Below, one piece after another: positions 9,714 to 19,557 of a stretch of 64,000 nt of DNA. Each line of letters begins with the position of its first letter. Positions within the stretch are counted from its first letter, which is position 1. The stretch is from assembly GCA_018242585.1 (NCBI GenBank), contig JAFEBQ010000040.1, positions 18,090 through 82,089 on the forward strand, in the 5' to 3' direction. A model generated the notes under the pieces. The model worked only from the letters and a program-made list of their open reading frames with translations, was not told the origin of the DNA and made no database searches. The stretch is from Planctomycetota bacterium (GTDB taxonomy: Bacteria > Planctomycetota > Planctomycetia > Pirellulales > PNKZ01). The position numbers were made by a program, and so were the translations under genes.

Positions 9714-10808
9714 ATGGCAAAGCGTGTTTTCCGAACGGCAGACAGCCTTGCTGCTGAGGAGCGCACACGCGCCATTCTGCCTGCGTTTTTAGCGAGCCGA
9801 GGATTCACTGATGTCAAAGACCAACGGAGTGGCAAACGGCAAGCAATTGGCGCAGTTTCACCAGCGGGTGATCGGCTTTCGATTTCTGTCCGTCTCTGCT
9901 GGCGCCGCCAAGAAAACAGCCGGGACTCAAAACGGGTTCAGACATACTCTGCCGCTCAATTGCTAGCTGACGTCAAAGGTGACTGGGAAGGTTCGCTCTC
10001 GCGCAAGATTGCGAGCGAGCAAGCTCGCGGCATCACTCATGTCCTGTTTGTACAACCCGAAGACAACAAAATCCGATACGCCGCCCTAGTACCACTCTCG
10101 AAGGTCATTCCAATTTGGACGGCGCAGCGAGACATCAGCCTTAGGATAATCAAAGAGGGCAGGGCGGGGCGCAGGAAAAAGAACCATGCGATGAATGGAA
10201 GCAGTCCTACAATTTGGCTACAAGACGATCGCGGTGGCCAAGAAGTTGCTGCCGCGCTATGGAACCATCAAGGTGTCGTTGATGTCGTCAACATATCCGC
10301 TCATTACGTTTCTGCGGACGAGGCGAACCAAACATTAGACACCGAAAAAGTAGAGTCTGACTTTCAACCGTGCGGCAATGACCGGCGCAGGCACGTCTTT
10401 CGACAAATCAAAGAGCGTCGAGGGCAGCAGTCGTTTCGTGATACGTTGCGAGTTCGTTATGGCAATCGTTGTGTTGTGACTGGCTGCAGCCTGCTTGACG
10501 TCCTCGAAGCGGCTCACATCAGCCCATATCGAGGCGTTGAAGACAACCATCCCCGGAACGGTTTGCTTCTACGCGCAGACATACACACGCTTTTCGACCT
10601 AAATCTTCTTGGTATTGAACCTGAATCCCTGGTAATCAGGCTCCATCCTGATGTGATCGCCGACACAGCATATGCCTCATTGGACGGGACAAAGCTTATA
10701 TGTGAACAGCTTCACCGCCCCTCCGAAAAGGCTCTAAGAGATCGATTCGAATTATTTCAGCAGCGTTTGAACGCTGTCGTGTTCATTTCTCCGGTCCAGT
10801 CCAAATAG
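9714..10808 (+). CDS. HNH_2-type nuclease (type IV restriction-like cleavage module) with an unrecognised ~230-aa N-terminal domain
   Basis: C-terminal motif RRGQQSFRDTLRVRYGNRCVVTGCSLLDVLEAAHISPYRGVEDNHPRNGLLLRADIHTLFD. GAGG at 9704-9707 upstream of the ATG. GC and codon usage are visibly lower than in flanking genes. Confidence 0.75.
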   Translation: MAKRVFRTADSLAAEERTRAILPAFLASRGFTDVKDQRSGKRQAIGAVSPAGDRLSISVRLCWRRQENSRDSKRVQTYSAAQLLADVKGDWEGSLSRKIASEQARGITHVLFVQPEDNKIRYAALVPLSKVIPIWTAQRDISLRIIKEGRAGRRKKNHAMNGSSPTIWLQDDRGGQEVAAALWNHQGVVDVVNISAHYVSADEANQTLDTEKVESDFQPCGNDRRRHVFRQIKERRGQQSFRDTLRVRYGNRCVVTGCSLLDVLEAAHISPYRGVEDNHPRNGLLLRADIHTLFDLNLLGIEPESLVIRLHPDVIADTAYASLDGTKLICEQLHRPSEKALRDRFELFQQRLNAVVFISPVQSK

Positions 10809-10847
10809 TTGCCGCATCTAGTTGCAGCCGGGTACGATGAACGGACT

Positions 10848-11561
10848 ATGGCCTCGGAACTTGACCCGCCTGCCCACGCTCCCGCCGATCTGACGCCACG
10901 CGACGTGGCCGCGCCGGCTGAGGCTGCGCCCGAAATTGCTAACAACGCCGCTTCTGCTGAAGACGCGATGGCGAGCGGCGTGACAGCCACGGCGACCGAC
11001 ACCGTACCCGAGGACCAGCGGGCGCTTTTGGAAGCCATGCAGCGAGGCGACCGGGCCGCCTTTGCCCAGATTGTCGAGCGATACCAGATGCTCGTCTTTG
11101 GCTACCTGCGGGCGCGACTCTTGCAGTCCAACGACGCCGAGGATCTGACCCAGGAAGTCTTTCTGCGCTGCTTCATGGCCCGCGAACGCTTCTCCGTCTC
11201 GCATGACATTCGCCCCTGGCTGATCGGCATCGCCCGCAACCTGCTGCGCGAGCATGTCCGCCGCGTGCGGCAGCGCAAGGAATCGGGTTGGACACAGCTT
11301 TGCCTCGAACTCGACACGCTGGCCGAGGTCGAAGCCGACGAACCCGAGGCCGGGCTCGATCATCTGCCGGGCTGTCTGGACGGACTGGGGGACAGCGCGC
11401 GGCAAGCGATCGAGATGCGCTATTGCTCGCAACTGCGGCTGTCCGAAATCGGTGACAAGCTCCGCCGCAGCGAAGGGGCGGCCAAGCTGTTGATGTTTCG
11501 CGCCCGTCAGGCGTTGAAGAACTGCCTCGATCGCAAGTTCAAGGCGGAAGACGATGACTGA
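10848..11561 (+). CDS. ECF-type RNA polymerase sigma factor (sigma-70 family)
   Basis: Region 2-like FAQIVERYQMLVFGYLRARLLQSNDAEDLTQEVFLR and region 4-like RQAIEMRYCSQLRLSEIGDKLRRSEGAAKLLMFRARQAL. I prefer the ATG at 10848 over the TTG at 10809 given in the track. Confidence 0.85.
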   Translation: MASELDPPAHAPADLTPRDVAAPAEAAPEIANNAASAEDAMASGVTATATDTVPEDQRALLEAMQRGDRAAFAQIVERYQMLVFGYLRARLLQSNDAEDLTQEVFLRCFMARERFSVSHDIRPWLIGIARNLLREHVRRVRQRKESGWTQLCLELDTLAEVEADEPEAGLDHLPGCLDGLGDSARQAIEMRYCSQLRLSEIGDKLRRSEGAAKLLMFRARQALKNCLDRKFKAEDDD

Positions 11562-14500
11562 CGACCAGCTTGTCCGGCTGGTGCAAGAGACGCCGCCCGA
11601 GGAACTTTCCGCCAGCCAGTTGGCTCTGCTCAGGCAGCGACTGCCGTTCTCGCACGAACTGCGCGGGGCGATTCGCGAGCAGATTCGCCTGGAGCAATTG
11701 CTCAACACGGCGCTGGGGCGCTACGGCGTCGATGTGACTGCGGTTCTTGAACGAGCCGCGCGCCTGCGCCGCCGGCGACGACTGATCGCGGTCGCGCTGG
11801 CCGCCGCGGTGCTCGTGCCGCTTTCGTTTATTGGCTACCGCGTCGCGAATCGGCCGGCAAGCGACGAGGCCGGACATGTCGTGGCCGTGAACACCGGTCC
11901 GACGAAACCCGTCGGCGGCGCGACGGACAACAAGCAACCCAACGCGGCCGTCATGCCCGACGCCGATCCCGGGCCGGCAAACAACGAACCGGCCATGCCC
12001 AAGCCAATCGCAGTCCCGGTAGTGCCCGCAACCGGTGCTGGGGGCCAGGCGGCGCCGTGGGTCGAGACGCTGGCGCGGCCGGTGCGGCCGATTGCCCAGG
12101 CGTGTTACGACGAATTGCCGTTCGACACCTCGGGGCGCGCGGCGAACGATCTGAGCCAATGGTGGCAGACGCTGTCGGGCTCGTCCCAATCGGCCACGCG
12201 GCGACGCGTGAATGGCTTGTCGATGCGCGGGCGGTTCCGGCTGCTCGCCCCCTGGACGCCCGGCACCGTGTGGCGGATCAACGTCGGCCAGCCGAGCGAT
12301 TTTCAGTTGCATTTGTGGGCCGGCCAGCAAGGGGTAACGCTCGACTATTTCGAGAAGCCGTACCTGGGCTGGGCGGCGTACCAGGCGACGCGTGGCGGCG
12401 CGCAACCGACGCCCGACGCATTGTCGCTTACCACGCACGACGAGCAGCGCTACGCGCGCCTGGGGCGCGGCGTGGTCGAGCTGCGGTATCAAGCGGCTCA
12501 CATCGTCCTGTCGCGCGGCCAGATTCCCCTGCTGATCGTGCCGCTGGCCGAAGCTCCGCAAGAGGTGATCCTGGACAGCGGCAAGGACACCGCCTTCTTG
12601 GCCGGCATGGAGCTACTGCGCAGCGAGCCATTCTCGTTCACCGTTCCCACGCCGCGCACGGTCGTGGCGACGCCACAAGAGCGCGACTGGCAAACGTCGC
12701 TCCCGCAAGGGGCCATTTGGAGCCCCGCGCCCAATGGCACGTTGTCGCTGACGGCGACGAATCCCGATCGCGACGTCCGGGCCTGGTTCCCCGTCGATGT
12801 AACTAGGCCCACCGAGTTCCTATTCCGAATCGAGTCGTCGACACCGCAGACGGCCGTTTACCTGGGCGACACCGACGGCAAGCCGCGCGTGGGCGTGGCG
12901 TTCGTGGCGGCCCAGAACTCGCGCGGGCACGCCTACACGTTCACGCGCTCGCTCGATTCACGCAACGAGTTGAAGTTCAACCGGGACAAGACGCCAATCC
13001 AAACCTGGACGGCGCGGCCGTTCTGGTTGCGGCTGGCCGTGGCCGGTGGCGCGGTGCGCTGTGCCATCAGCGAGGACGGCCAAACCTGGACCCGGATGTT
13101 CGAGCCAATCCGCGAGCCGCAAGGGCGCATCGCCAGCGTCGGGCTGTACGGCAACTCGGGCAAGGGGCAACGCCAACTCGTCGTGCGCAGCATCGAGTTG
13201 GCCCGCCCGCCGACGCTTAATTTGTTCGTCGAAGCTGACATATTGGACCAGGTTCGTAAGTCGGCACCCACGCAGGGAACGCTCGACGCTTGGCTCAAGA
13301 CGGTTCTCGCGGCCCGACCCAAGAATGTGGCCGCCGAGGCGTGGACTGCGGCCTGCGCCGTCGAGGCGCTAGCCGCCGGCGCGGATGGCGTGCTGGGCTC
13401 CGGCCTGGCCAATGGGCTGCTCGAAGCGGTCGAAACCTCGGCTTTATCTGAAGACGACCGGGTGCGGCAACTCGACGCGCTGGGCGGGCTGATCGACCTC
13501 AGCATGGGCGTGCTGAGCAACAAGTGGATCGACACGTACACTGCCGTCGCCCTGGCCGCCGGTGAAGATCGGGTCCGTAGCCCGTACGACTTGATCGAGC
13601 CGTCGTTGATCGGCACGTCGAGCGTGGCCGTCAGCACGCAAAGCTTTTTCATCGACCGCTTGCTCCGCCGTCAGCTCATCGAGCTGGTCATGCGTGACGA
13701 CTGGAACCTAGTTCACCAGTTCTGCCGCCAACTCCATTTTTTTGGCGGGCGAAGCTACAGCGACGGCGCGCGGGGGCACCCCGAAGATCGCCTGCCTTTG
13801 GAACGCGAGCAGACCATGCGTCTGGCCGATTGGGCCGCGGCACTTGCTGTTCGCAACCTGCCCGAGGATCAGCTTCACGAGCAGCGTCCCCCGACCGCGG
13901 TGCCCACCCAATGGCGTCATCCGCTGGTCGAGCAACTGGGCAAGGAAAGCTTCAACGTGCTGGCCGATTTTGAAGCGGCCGTCAGCGGCGGCGCGCTGAA
14001 GGATGCGTGCCAAGTGCTGAACCATCTGACGTTGGGCCAGCTTGACGGTCTGATTCCGCGCAAGCGCGATCCCGATTGGCTGACGCCGCTCCCTGAAGCG
14101 GTGGCCGCCATCATGCGCGACGAACCAGGCTTACGCCAGACGATGGAACAAGAGTTCGGCTCGGTGGCTCAGTTACGATTTCGCCAGGCCGCCAACGAAG
14201 CCGACGCCGAGACGGTCGCCCTGGTGGCCTTGCAATTCCCCGGCACCACGGCGGCGGCCGAGGCGCACCTTTGGCTCGGAGATCGCGCACTGGCCGCCGG
14301 AGACGCTCAGCAAGCGGCGCGCTACTATCAACTGGCCGACAACGAATCGCTCGCCATGCGACGCAACGATTTGCGGTGGCGGCGCGAGCTGGCGACCGCG
14401 GCGCTCGGCCAGCCGACGCCATCGCTGCCGTCTGCGCCGTTGACGCTGGGGGATGAGTCGATGTCGCCCGAGGAAGCGGCACGGCTGGTGGCGCAATTGC

Positions 14501-15828
14501 GGCGGGCCGCACCCAGCCCCGACGTTTCGGGAAGCGTGACGGCCGCGCGGCGCAAAGAATTGGCCGTGCCCGGGCCGTTTGCTTGCCGAGCCGAGAACCT
14601 GCACAAGCTCGAAGGCTCGGTCGGCGATAAGCCCGAGCAGATGTCGCGCGTCGATATCGATGGTTTCGGTTGGCAACTGGCCACAACGCAAGTTGACGAT
14701 CGCCTGCTGGTCAGCAATCGATTCCAGATTTCAGCGTACGATCTGGAGAAAGGGACGCGACTCTGGACCGCGCCGTCGACTTCGCCCGGCAGCGCGGCGG
14801 CACATCTGTTGACCGCCATGAAACCGGCGGTGCGTGGCAACCAGGTCTTTGCGCGCCGGCTCACCACCGGCGGCGCCGACGTGGTGTGCCTGGACTTAAG
14901 CGACGGCCACCCGCTCTGGAAGACCCCCGACACGATCCAGCCAGTCAGCGATCCGTTCCCCGTCGGTTCGAGCGTCGTGCTGGTCACCGCGGCCTGGCCC
15001 CAGGCCGATACGGTGCAACTCTCGCTGACAAGGCTAAACGCTCAATCGGGCAATGTCGAGGCCGAGTGGCCGCTGCTGCAATTGCGCGACGTGTGGAAGC
15101 GCGAGACGCCGTGCCACGCCGCGCGGCGTGACGACTTGCTGGTGGTAGCGACCGGGGGCGTGGTGGTGGCCACGACGCTCGATGGCCAGTTGCGCTGGCT
15201 GCGCCGCCAGGCTTGGACCGGCGGCATGCTGGACAACAAAACGCAAACCTGGCGAGCCCAGCCGCCGTTGATCGTCGGCGATCGGGTGATTGTTTCGCAG
15301 CCCGGCGTGCCGCTGGTCAGTTGCTTTGACCTCCCCACCGGCGAGCGGCACTGGCAGCGCGTCGAGTTCGAGACGCTTGAGTACCTGACGCTTACTGACA
15401 AGACGACGTTGATCCGCACCCGCGATCGCCTGCTCGCCGTCGCCAACGACTCGGGCGACTTGCAATGGCAGCGGACGATCGCACCCGAGTCGGGGGCCGC
15501 GCTGGTCGACGCGCGACGCATCCTGCTCGCGCAGCCCGGACTGGTCGACAAGGCGCGCGTCACGCTCACCTGGTTCGACGCTGGATCGGGACAAAGCCTG
15601 GCCGCGATGACGCTCAACGAGTTGACGGGTCAGCGGCCGACGTGCGGCGCGCTGGTCGCGTTGCGTGGAAGACTGTGGGGGCTGGTGGCGGGCGAGCGGC
15701 GCGACCCCTATCGCTCGCTCGCCGAAATGAAACGGGCCGAGGACGTGGCCTTGCAGCCTGGTTCGCCGTTGCCGGCGTCCTGGGTGGCCGAAATCCAGCG
15801 GACCAGCGACAAATCGAAGCAAAAATAA
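11554..15828 (+). CDS. Giant anti-sigma-like membrane protein (N-terminal cytoplasmic segment, one TM helix, jelly-roll-like region, helical region, C-terminal PQQ-like beta-propeller)
   Basis: The start overlaps the sigma gene stop by 8 nt (ATGACTGA). TM segment LIAVALAAAVLVPLSFIGY follows an RRRRR stretch. C-terminal repeats of BamB/PQQ-like type: YDLEKGTRLWTA, LDLSDGHPLWKT, LDGQLRWL, FDLPTGERHWQR, NDSGDLQWQR. Confidence 0.75.
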   Translation: MTDDQLVRLVQETPPEELSASQLALLRQRLPFSHELRGAIREQIRLEQLLNTALGRYGVDVTAVLERAARLRRRRRLIAVALAAAVLVPLSFIGYRVANRPASDEAGHVVAVNTGPTKPVGGATDNKQPNAAVMPDADPGPANNEPAMPKPIAVPVVPATGAGGQAAPWVETLARPVRPIAQACYDELPFDTSGRAANDLSQWWQTLSGSSQSATRRRVNGLSMRGRFRLLAPWTPGTVWRINVGQPSDFQLHLWAGQQGVTLDYFEKPYLGWAAYQATRGGAQPTPDALSLTTHDEQRYARLGRGVVELRYQAAHIVLSRGQIPLLIVPLAEAPQEVILDSGKDTAFLAGMELLRSEPFSFTVPTPRTVVATPQERDWQTSLPQGAIWSPAPNGTLSLTATNPDRDVRAWFPVDVTRPTEFLFRIESSTPQTAVYLGDTDGKPRVGVAFVAAQNSRGHAYTFTRSLDSRNELKFNRDKTPIQTWTARPFWLRLAVAGGAVRCAISEDGQTWTRMFEPIREPQGRIASVGLYGNSGKGQRQLVVRSIELARPPTLNLFVEADILDQVRKSAPTQGTLDAWLKTVLAARPKNVAAEAWTAACAVEALAAGADGVLGSGLANGLLEAVETSALSEDDRVRQLDALGGLIDLSMGVLSNKWIDTYTAVALAAGEDRVRSPYDLIEPSLIGTSSVAVSTQSFFIDRLLRRQLIELVMRDDWNLVHQFCRQLHFFGGRSYSDGARGHPEDRLPLEREQTMRLADWAAALAVRNLPEDQLHEQRPPTAVPTQWRHPLVEQLGKESFNVLADFEAAVSGGALKDACQVLNHLTLGQLDGLIPRKRDPDWLTPLPEAVAAIMRDEPGLRQTMEQEFGSVAQLRFRQAANEADAETVALVALQFPGTTAAAEAHLWLGDRALAAGDAQQAARYYQLADNESLAMRRNDLRWRRELATAALGQPTPSLPSAPLTLGDESMSPEEAARLVAQLRRAAPSPDVSGSVTAARRKELAVPGPFACRAENLHKLEGSVGDKPEQMSRVDIDGFGWQLATTQVDDRLLVSNRFQISAYDLEKGTRLWTAPSTSPGSAAAHLLTAMKPAVRGNQVFARRLTTGGADVVCLDLSDGHPLWKTPDTIQPVSDPFPVGSSVVLVTAAWPQADTVQLSLTRLNAQSGNVEAEWPLLQLRDVWKRETPCHAARRDDLLVVATGGVVVATTLDGQLRWLRRQAWTGGMLDNKTQTWRAQPPLIVGDRVIVSQPGVPLVSCFDLPTGERHWQRVEFETLEYLTLTDKTTLIRTRDRLLAVANDSGDLQWQRTIAPESGAALVDARRILLAQPGLVDKARVTLTWFDAGSGQSLAAMTLNELTGQRPTCGALVALRGRLWGLVAGERRDPYRSLAEMKRAEDVALQPGSPLPASWVAEIQRTSDKSKQK

Positions 15829-15963
15829 CGGGCCGGGGCCTGTAACTTTTGCCCGCATCAAGTCAAATAGGGGTAACCGCTTAGCGACGGCCGGTCGCGG
15901 GCGGAACTCGGCCCCGTTCCCGCCTTGCGAAAGTGCCCTTTGAGCGCGAATTGTCCCTGTCAC

Positions 15964-17100
15964 ATGGTCCGCCAGGTTGGGCTTTGGCTCGCGGCCTTGG
16001 CATTGGTCGTTGGCCACGCTGGTCGGGCGCGCGCCGAGGGAGACTGGGAAGTCACGCCGGCCAGCCAGGCCGCGCTCGAGCGGGGCTTGAAATGGCTGGC
16101 GCGTCATCAGGGGCCGCAGGGGAATTGGAATTCCGAGAACCTGGGGTTGGTGGCGATGGGGGCGTTGGCCTTTATGGCCGATGGCCACGCGCCGGGACGC
16201 GGACAGTACGGCGAGGTCGTCGAACGGGCGCTTGATTACATCTTGAAAAGCGCCAAGCCGTCGGGTCTGCTCAACGTGGCGGGGCCGCAGCGCGACATGT
16301 ACAACCACGGCCTGTCGTGCTTTGTGCTGGGCCAGGCGCACGGCATGATGAGCGATCCGCGAATCAGCCCGGCGCTCGATCGGGCGTTGAAGCTGATTGC
16401 CAACACGCAATGCGACGACGGGGGCTGGGAATACCAGGCCCAGCGCCGTCCGCGGGGTCACGACCTGAGCCTGGCGGTGATGCAGGCCAAGGCGCTGCGC
16501 AGCGCGGTGGACAGCGGCCTGGAAGTTCCTCCCGAGGTGATCGAGTCAGCCATCAAGAGCGTGCGCCGCCACTATCGCCCCTCGGTCGACGGAGATCGCT
16601 CGAAGCTCGACGAGCAGGCCATGCAGCGCGTGCCGGGACAATTCACGTACACCGGCAACGACCGTGGCACGCTGGCCATGGCGGCATGCGGCGTGGTCTG
16701 CCTGCAAGAATTTGGCCAGTACGACGACTGGCGCATAGGCAAAAACGTCGAGGTGATCTCGAAAGCGATCAAGGACATGAAGTCGGTGAAGCCGAACGGC
16801 GAAGGCCCCTTTGACTCGTACACCACCTATTACGTTGGCCAGGCGATTTACCAGGTGGGTGGCGAGACGTGGAGCAAGCTTTACCCGCCGCTGCGCGACG
16901 CGCTGGTGGCCAGTCAGGTTGCCGGCAAGGATCCGAACAGCGACGGCTGCTGGAGCGACAATCGCCGCGTCGGTGGCGAAGAGGGAAAGCTCTACGCCAC
17001 CGCGGTCTCGTGCTTTGTGCTGGCCATGCCGAACCGCTATCTGCCCATCCTCCAAGAAGGTCGCATCGACACCTTGCAAAAGCGCTTTGGCCAACCGTAA
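15964..17100 (+). CDS. Prenyltransferase/squalene-oxidase-repeat (terpenoid cyclase-like alpha/alpha toroid) secreted protein
   Basis: Signal peptide MVRQVGLWLAALALVVGHAGRARA. Repeat motifs QGPQGNW, QCDDGGWEYQ, SDGCWSD. ATG at 15964 preferred over the TTG at 15925. Confidence 0.75.
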   Translation: MVRQVGLWLAALALVVGHAGRARAEGDWEVTPASQAALERGLKWLARHQGPQGNWNSENLGLVAMGALAFMADGHAPGRGQYGEVVERALDYILKSAKPSGLLNVAGPQRDMYNHGLSCFVLGQAHGMMSDPRISPALDRALKLIANTQCDDGGWEYQAQRRPRGHDLSLAVMQAKALRSAVDSGLEVPPEVIESAIKSVRRHYRPSVDGDRSKLDEQAMQRVPGQFTYTGNDRGTLAMAACGVVCLQEFGQYDDWRIGKNVEVISKAIKDMKSVKPNGEGPFDSYTTYYVGQAIYQVGGETWSKLYPPLRDALVASQVAGKDPNSDGCWSDNRRVGGEEGKLYATAVSCFVLAMPNRYLPILQEGRIDTLQKRFGQP

Positions 17101-17214
17101 CGCTTCGGCCAACGCTGATCGCCGGACACCGCTTCGACTGCTCGCTGCTAATGTTCGTTCCATCCTCGTCTGATTCGTGATTGGTTCCTTCCCGCGCCTC
17201 GTTGACTCGCCCCG

Positions 17215-19557
17215 ATGATCAGCTTTCCTGCCGGTGGATTGGCCTTTGCCGCGGCGGGCGCGCTTGCCGCGCTCGTGCCAGTGATCATCCATTTGCTCCA
17301 TCGGCGCAAGTATCGCGTGGTGTCGTGGGGGGCGATGGAGTTTCTGCGCGAGGCGATGAGCAGCCAGCGGCGGATGCTGCAACTGCGCGATCTGCTGCTG
17401 CTGGCGTTGCGTTCAAGCTGCCTGTTGTTGATCGGTCTGGGTCTGTCCCGCGCGCAATGCACGCCGACCGCTTCGGCCGTGGCGACCGGCGGGCCGATTC
17501 ACGCCGTGCTGCTCGTGGACAACAGTCTGAGCATGGGCTATCAGCGCGTCGATGGCACGCTGCTGGACGACGCCCGGCAGCGGGCACGCGGCTTGATCGA
17601 TCGCTTGCCCGCCGAAAGCCTGATCAGCGTGATCCCCTTTGCCAGCGATCCGGCGGACTACAGCGCCGACCCTTACCGGACCAAGGATGACGCGTTGGCG
17701 GCGCTCGACCTGATTGAACCGGTCGATCGAACCGCGTCGAGCAATCTGCTGGTCGAAGCGGCGCTGCGGGCCTGTCAGCGCGGGACCGAGTTGCCCGGCA
17801 AGCGGATGGTGCTGTTCAGCGATCTGCAAGCGGTCAACTGGCCCAGCGACCTGCCCGTCAAGGAACTGTCGGCCCACGGCGATCTGCAAGTGGTGTCACT
17901 GGCGGCGGAGCACCTGGACAACGCCTGGGTGGCCGACGTCCGCGTGCAAGACGGCGTGGCTGACGTCGAAACCGCGACTGAGTTCGTGGCCGCCATCCGT
18001 TACGAAGGGACAAACCCGCGGCGCAACGTGCAGGTCACCCTGGCTGTCGATGGCACGCCCGTCGAAAGTCAGACGGTCGATCTCGAACCGGGCCAGCGGC
18101 GCGAAGTGACCTTCACGCACCGATTTGACGTCAGCGTCGAAGCGGGCCACGCCACGTACGTCTCGGCCACGGTGGAACTGACACCCGATCGTCTGGCCGG
18201 CGACGATGCCCGCTCGCTGGCGATTCCGGTCGTGGCCAGCTTGCCCGTCGTGTTCATCGACAACCTTGGCGATCAGGAAGACCCGGCGCAAGGTCGATTC
18301 GGCGAGACGTATCGCCTGCGCCGGTTGCTCGCCCCCGGCAGCAAGCGCGACGCCGCCCGGCACGCCGTGCGGATACGGCACGTGCGGGTCGAAGAGGTCG
18401 ATCGCGAGCTGCTCGAAGACGCCCGACTAGTGGTGATCGCCGGCGTCGAAGCGCCCGGCCCGGCCGTGAAGCTGCTGCGCGAGTATGTCGAGCAAGGGGG
18501 GCCGCTGCTCGTCGCCGCCGGTGCCGATTTCGACGCGGCAAGTTGGCACACGCAGGCCTGGCTCGATGGCCGCGGCATTCTGCCATTGCCGCTGAAGGGA
18601 GAATTGATCGGCCACCGGCCGGTCGACTCGAACAGGCCGCTGACGCCGTTCCGGTTATCGACCGCCGGGCTGGAGCATCCGTTCTTCACGATCGAGGATG
18701 CCTCGACCGAGGAGTTGGCCGATTTGTACCGCGAGCCGCTGTTCTTTCAGGCGGTGGCGATCGACGAAAAGCCGGCCGCGTTTACATCACCCGCGGTGAC
18801 TGAGAAAGAGCTAAAAGCCGCGCCGCCGCGCTGGCTTCTCTGGGCGCAAAACGAAGCGGATGAGCCCGCCAACGCCAAGGATGAGCAAGATTCGCTCCGG
18901 CGTCAGCCGCGCGTGCTGGCGCGTTATGACAACAATCAGCCCTTCCTGGTCGAGCGCCGCATCGGGCGTGGCCAGGCGCTGTTCGTTTCGACCGCGATCC
19001 AGTCCGATTGGAACACGCTAACGACGTGCAACGCGGTGTTGATGTTCGACCGGATGATGCGCGACCTGCTGGCTACCACTTTGCCGCGTCACGACTTCGC
19101 GGCCGGCGAACCGATCGTCCTGCCCATCGCGCCGACGCAGCGCACCTGGCAGTTCCGACTTTACGACGCGCAAGGAGCCGAAGACGCCCTGAGCGTCGAA
19201 GCCCTCGGCGAGCGGGCTTATGGCATTGTCTTGCGCGGCATCATGCGGCGCGGGCTATACAAAGTCGTGGGCCTGCGCGACGCCGCCGACACGGCGACCG
19301 ATTGGCAGTTCCCGCTGGCGGTGCAGGGGCCCGAACGTGAAAGCGAACTGAAGCCGCTCAAGAACGAAGAACTGTTGGCCCGGCTCGCTGACATGACGGT
19401 CGAGGTGGTGCCAACCGACGGCGAGATCAGCATTGCCGCGGTCGGACAGTCGGCCAGCGCGCTATGGACCTGGCTGTTGGCACTGGCTGGGGTGGGATTG
19501 ATCGTCGAGTTGGGCGTCTTGGGCTGGCCGAATCGCCGGCCGGAGGCGCGCCCATGA
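17215..19557 (+). CDS. BatA-N-terminal-domain / vWA membrane protein
   Basis: N-terminus LAFAAAGALAALVPVIIHLLHRRKYRVVSWGAMEFL (BatA double-TM type). MIDAS-like VLLVDNSLSMGY. C-terminal TM helix. Confidence 0.8.
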   Translation: MISFPAGGLAFAAAGALAALVPVIIHLLHRRKYRVVSWGAMEFLREAMSSQRRMLQLRDLLLLALRSSCLLLIGLGLSRAQCTPTASAVATGGPIHAVLLVDNSLSMGYQRVDGTLLDDARQRARGLIDRLPAESLISVIPFASDPADYSADPYRTKDDALAALDLIEPVDRTASSNLLVEAALRACQRGTELPGKRMVLFSDLQAVNWPSDLPVKELSAHGDLQVVSLAAEHLDNAWVADVRVQDGVADVETATEFVAAIRYEGTNPRRNVQVTLAVDGTPVESQTVDLEPGQRREVTFTHRFDVSVEAGHATYVSATVELTPDRLAGDDARSLAIPVVASLPVVFIDNLGDQEDPAQGRFGETYRLRRLLAPGSKRDAARHAVRIRHVRVEEVDRELLEDARLVVIAGVEAPGPAVKLLREYVEQGGPLLVAAGADFDAASWHTQAWLDGRGILPLPLKGELIGHRPVDSNRPLTPFRLSTAGLEHPFFTIEDASTEELADLYREPLFFQAVAIDEKPAAFTSPAVTEKELKAAPPRWLLWAQNEADEPANAKDEQDSLRRQPRVLARYDNNQPFLVERRIGRGQALFVSTAIQSDWNTLTTCNAVLMFDRMMRDLLATTLPRHDFAAGEPIVLPIAPTQRTWQFRLYDAQGAEDALSVEALGERAYGIVLRGIMRRGLYKVVGLRDAADTATDWQFPLAVQGPERESELKPLKNEELLARLADMTVEVVPTDGEISIAAVGQSASALWTWLLALAGVGLIVELGVLGWPNRRPEARP

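Noticed and set aside
9150-10810. Classification of the lower-GC islet as a mobile element
   Set aside because: I found no integrase, transposase, tRNA target, terminal inverted repeats or flanking direct repeats. It is reported only as a compositional islet.
10760-10847. Possible ECF-type promoter (TGAAC ... CCGGTC) upstream of the sigma gene
   Set aside because: The match to the GGAAC-N16/17-CGT consensus is weak and lies inside the HNH gene's 3' end. It is not supportable without TSS data.
15034-16461. 475-aa minus-strand ORF
   Set aside because: It spans the junction of two plus-strand genes that have clear domain motifs. It has shadow-ORF composition.
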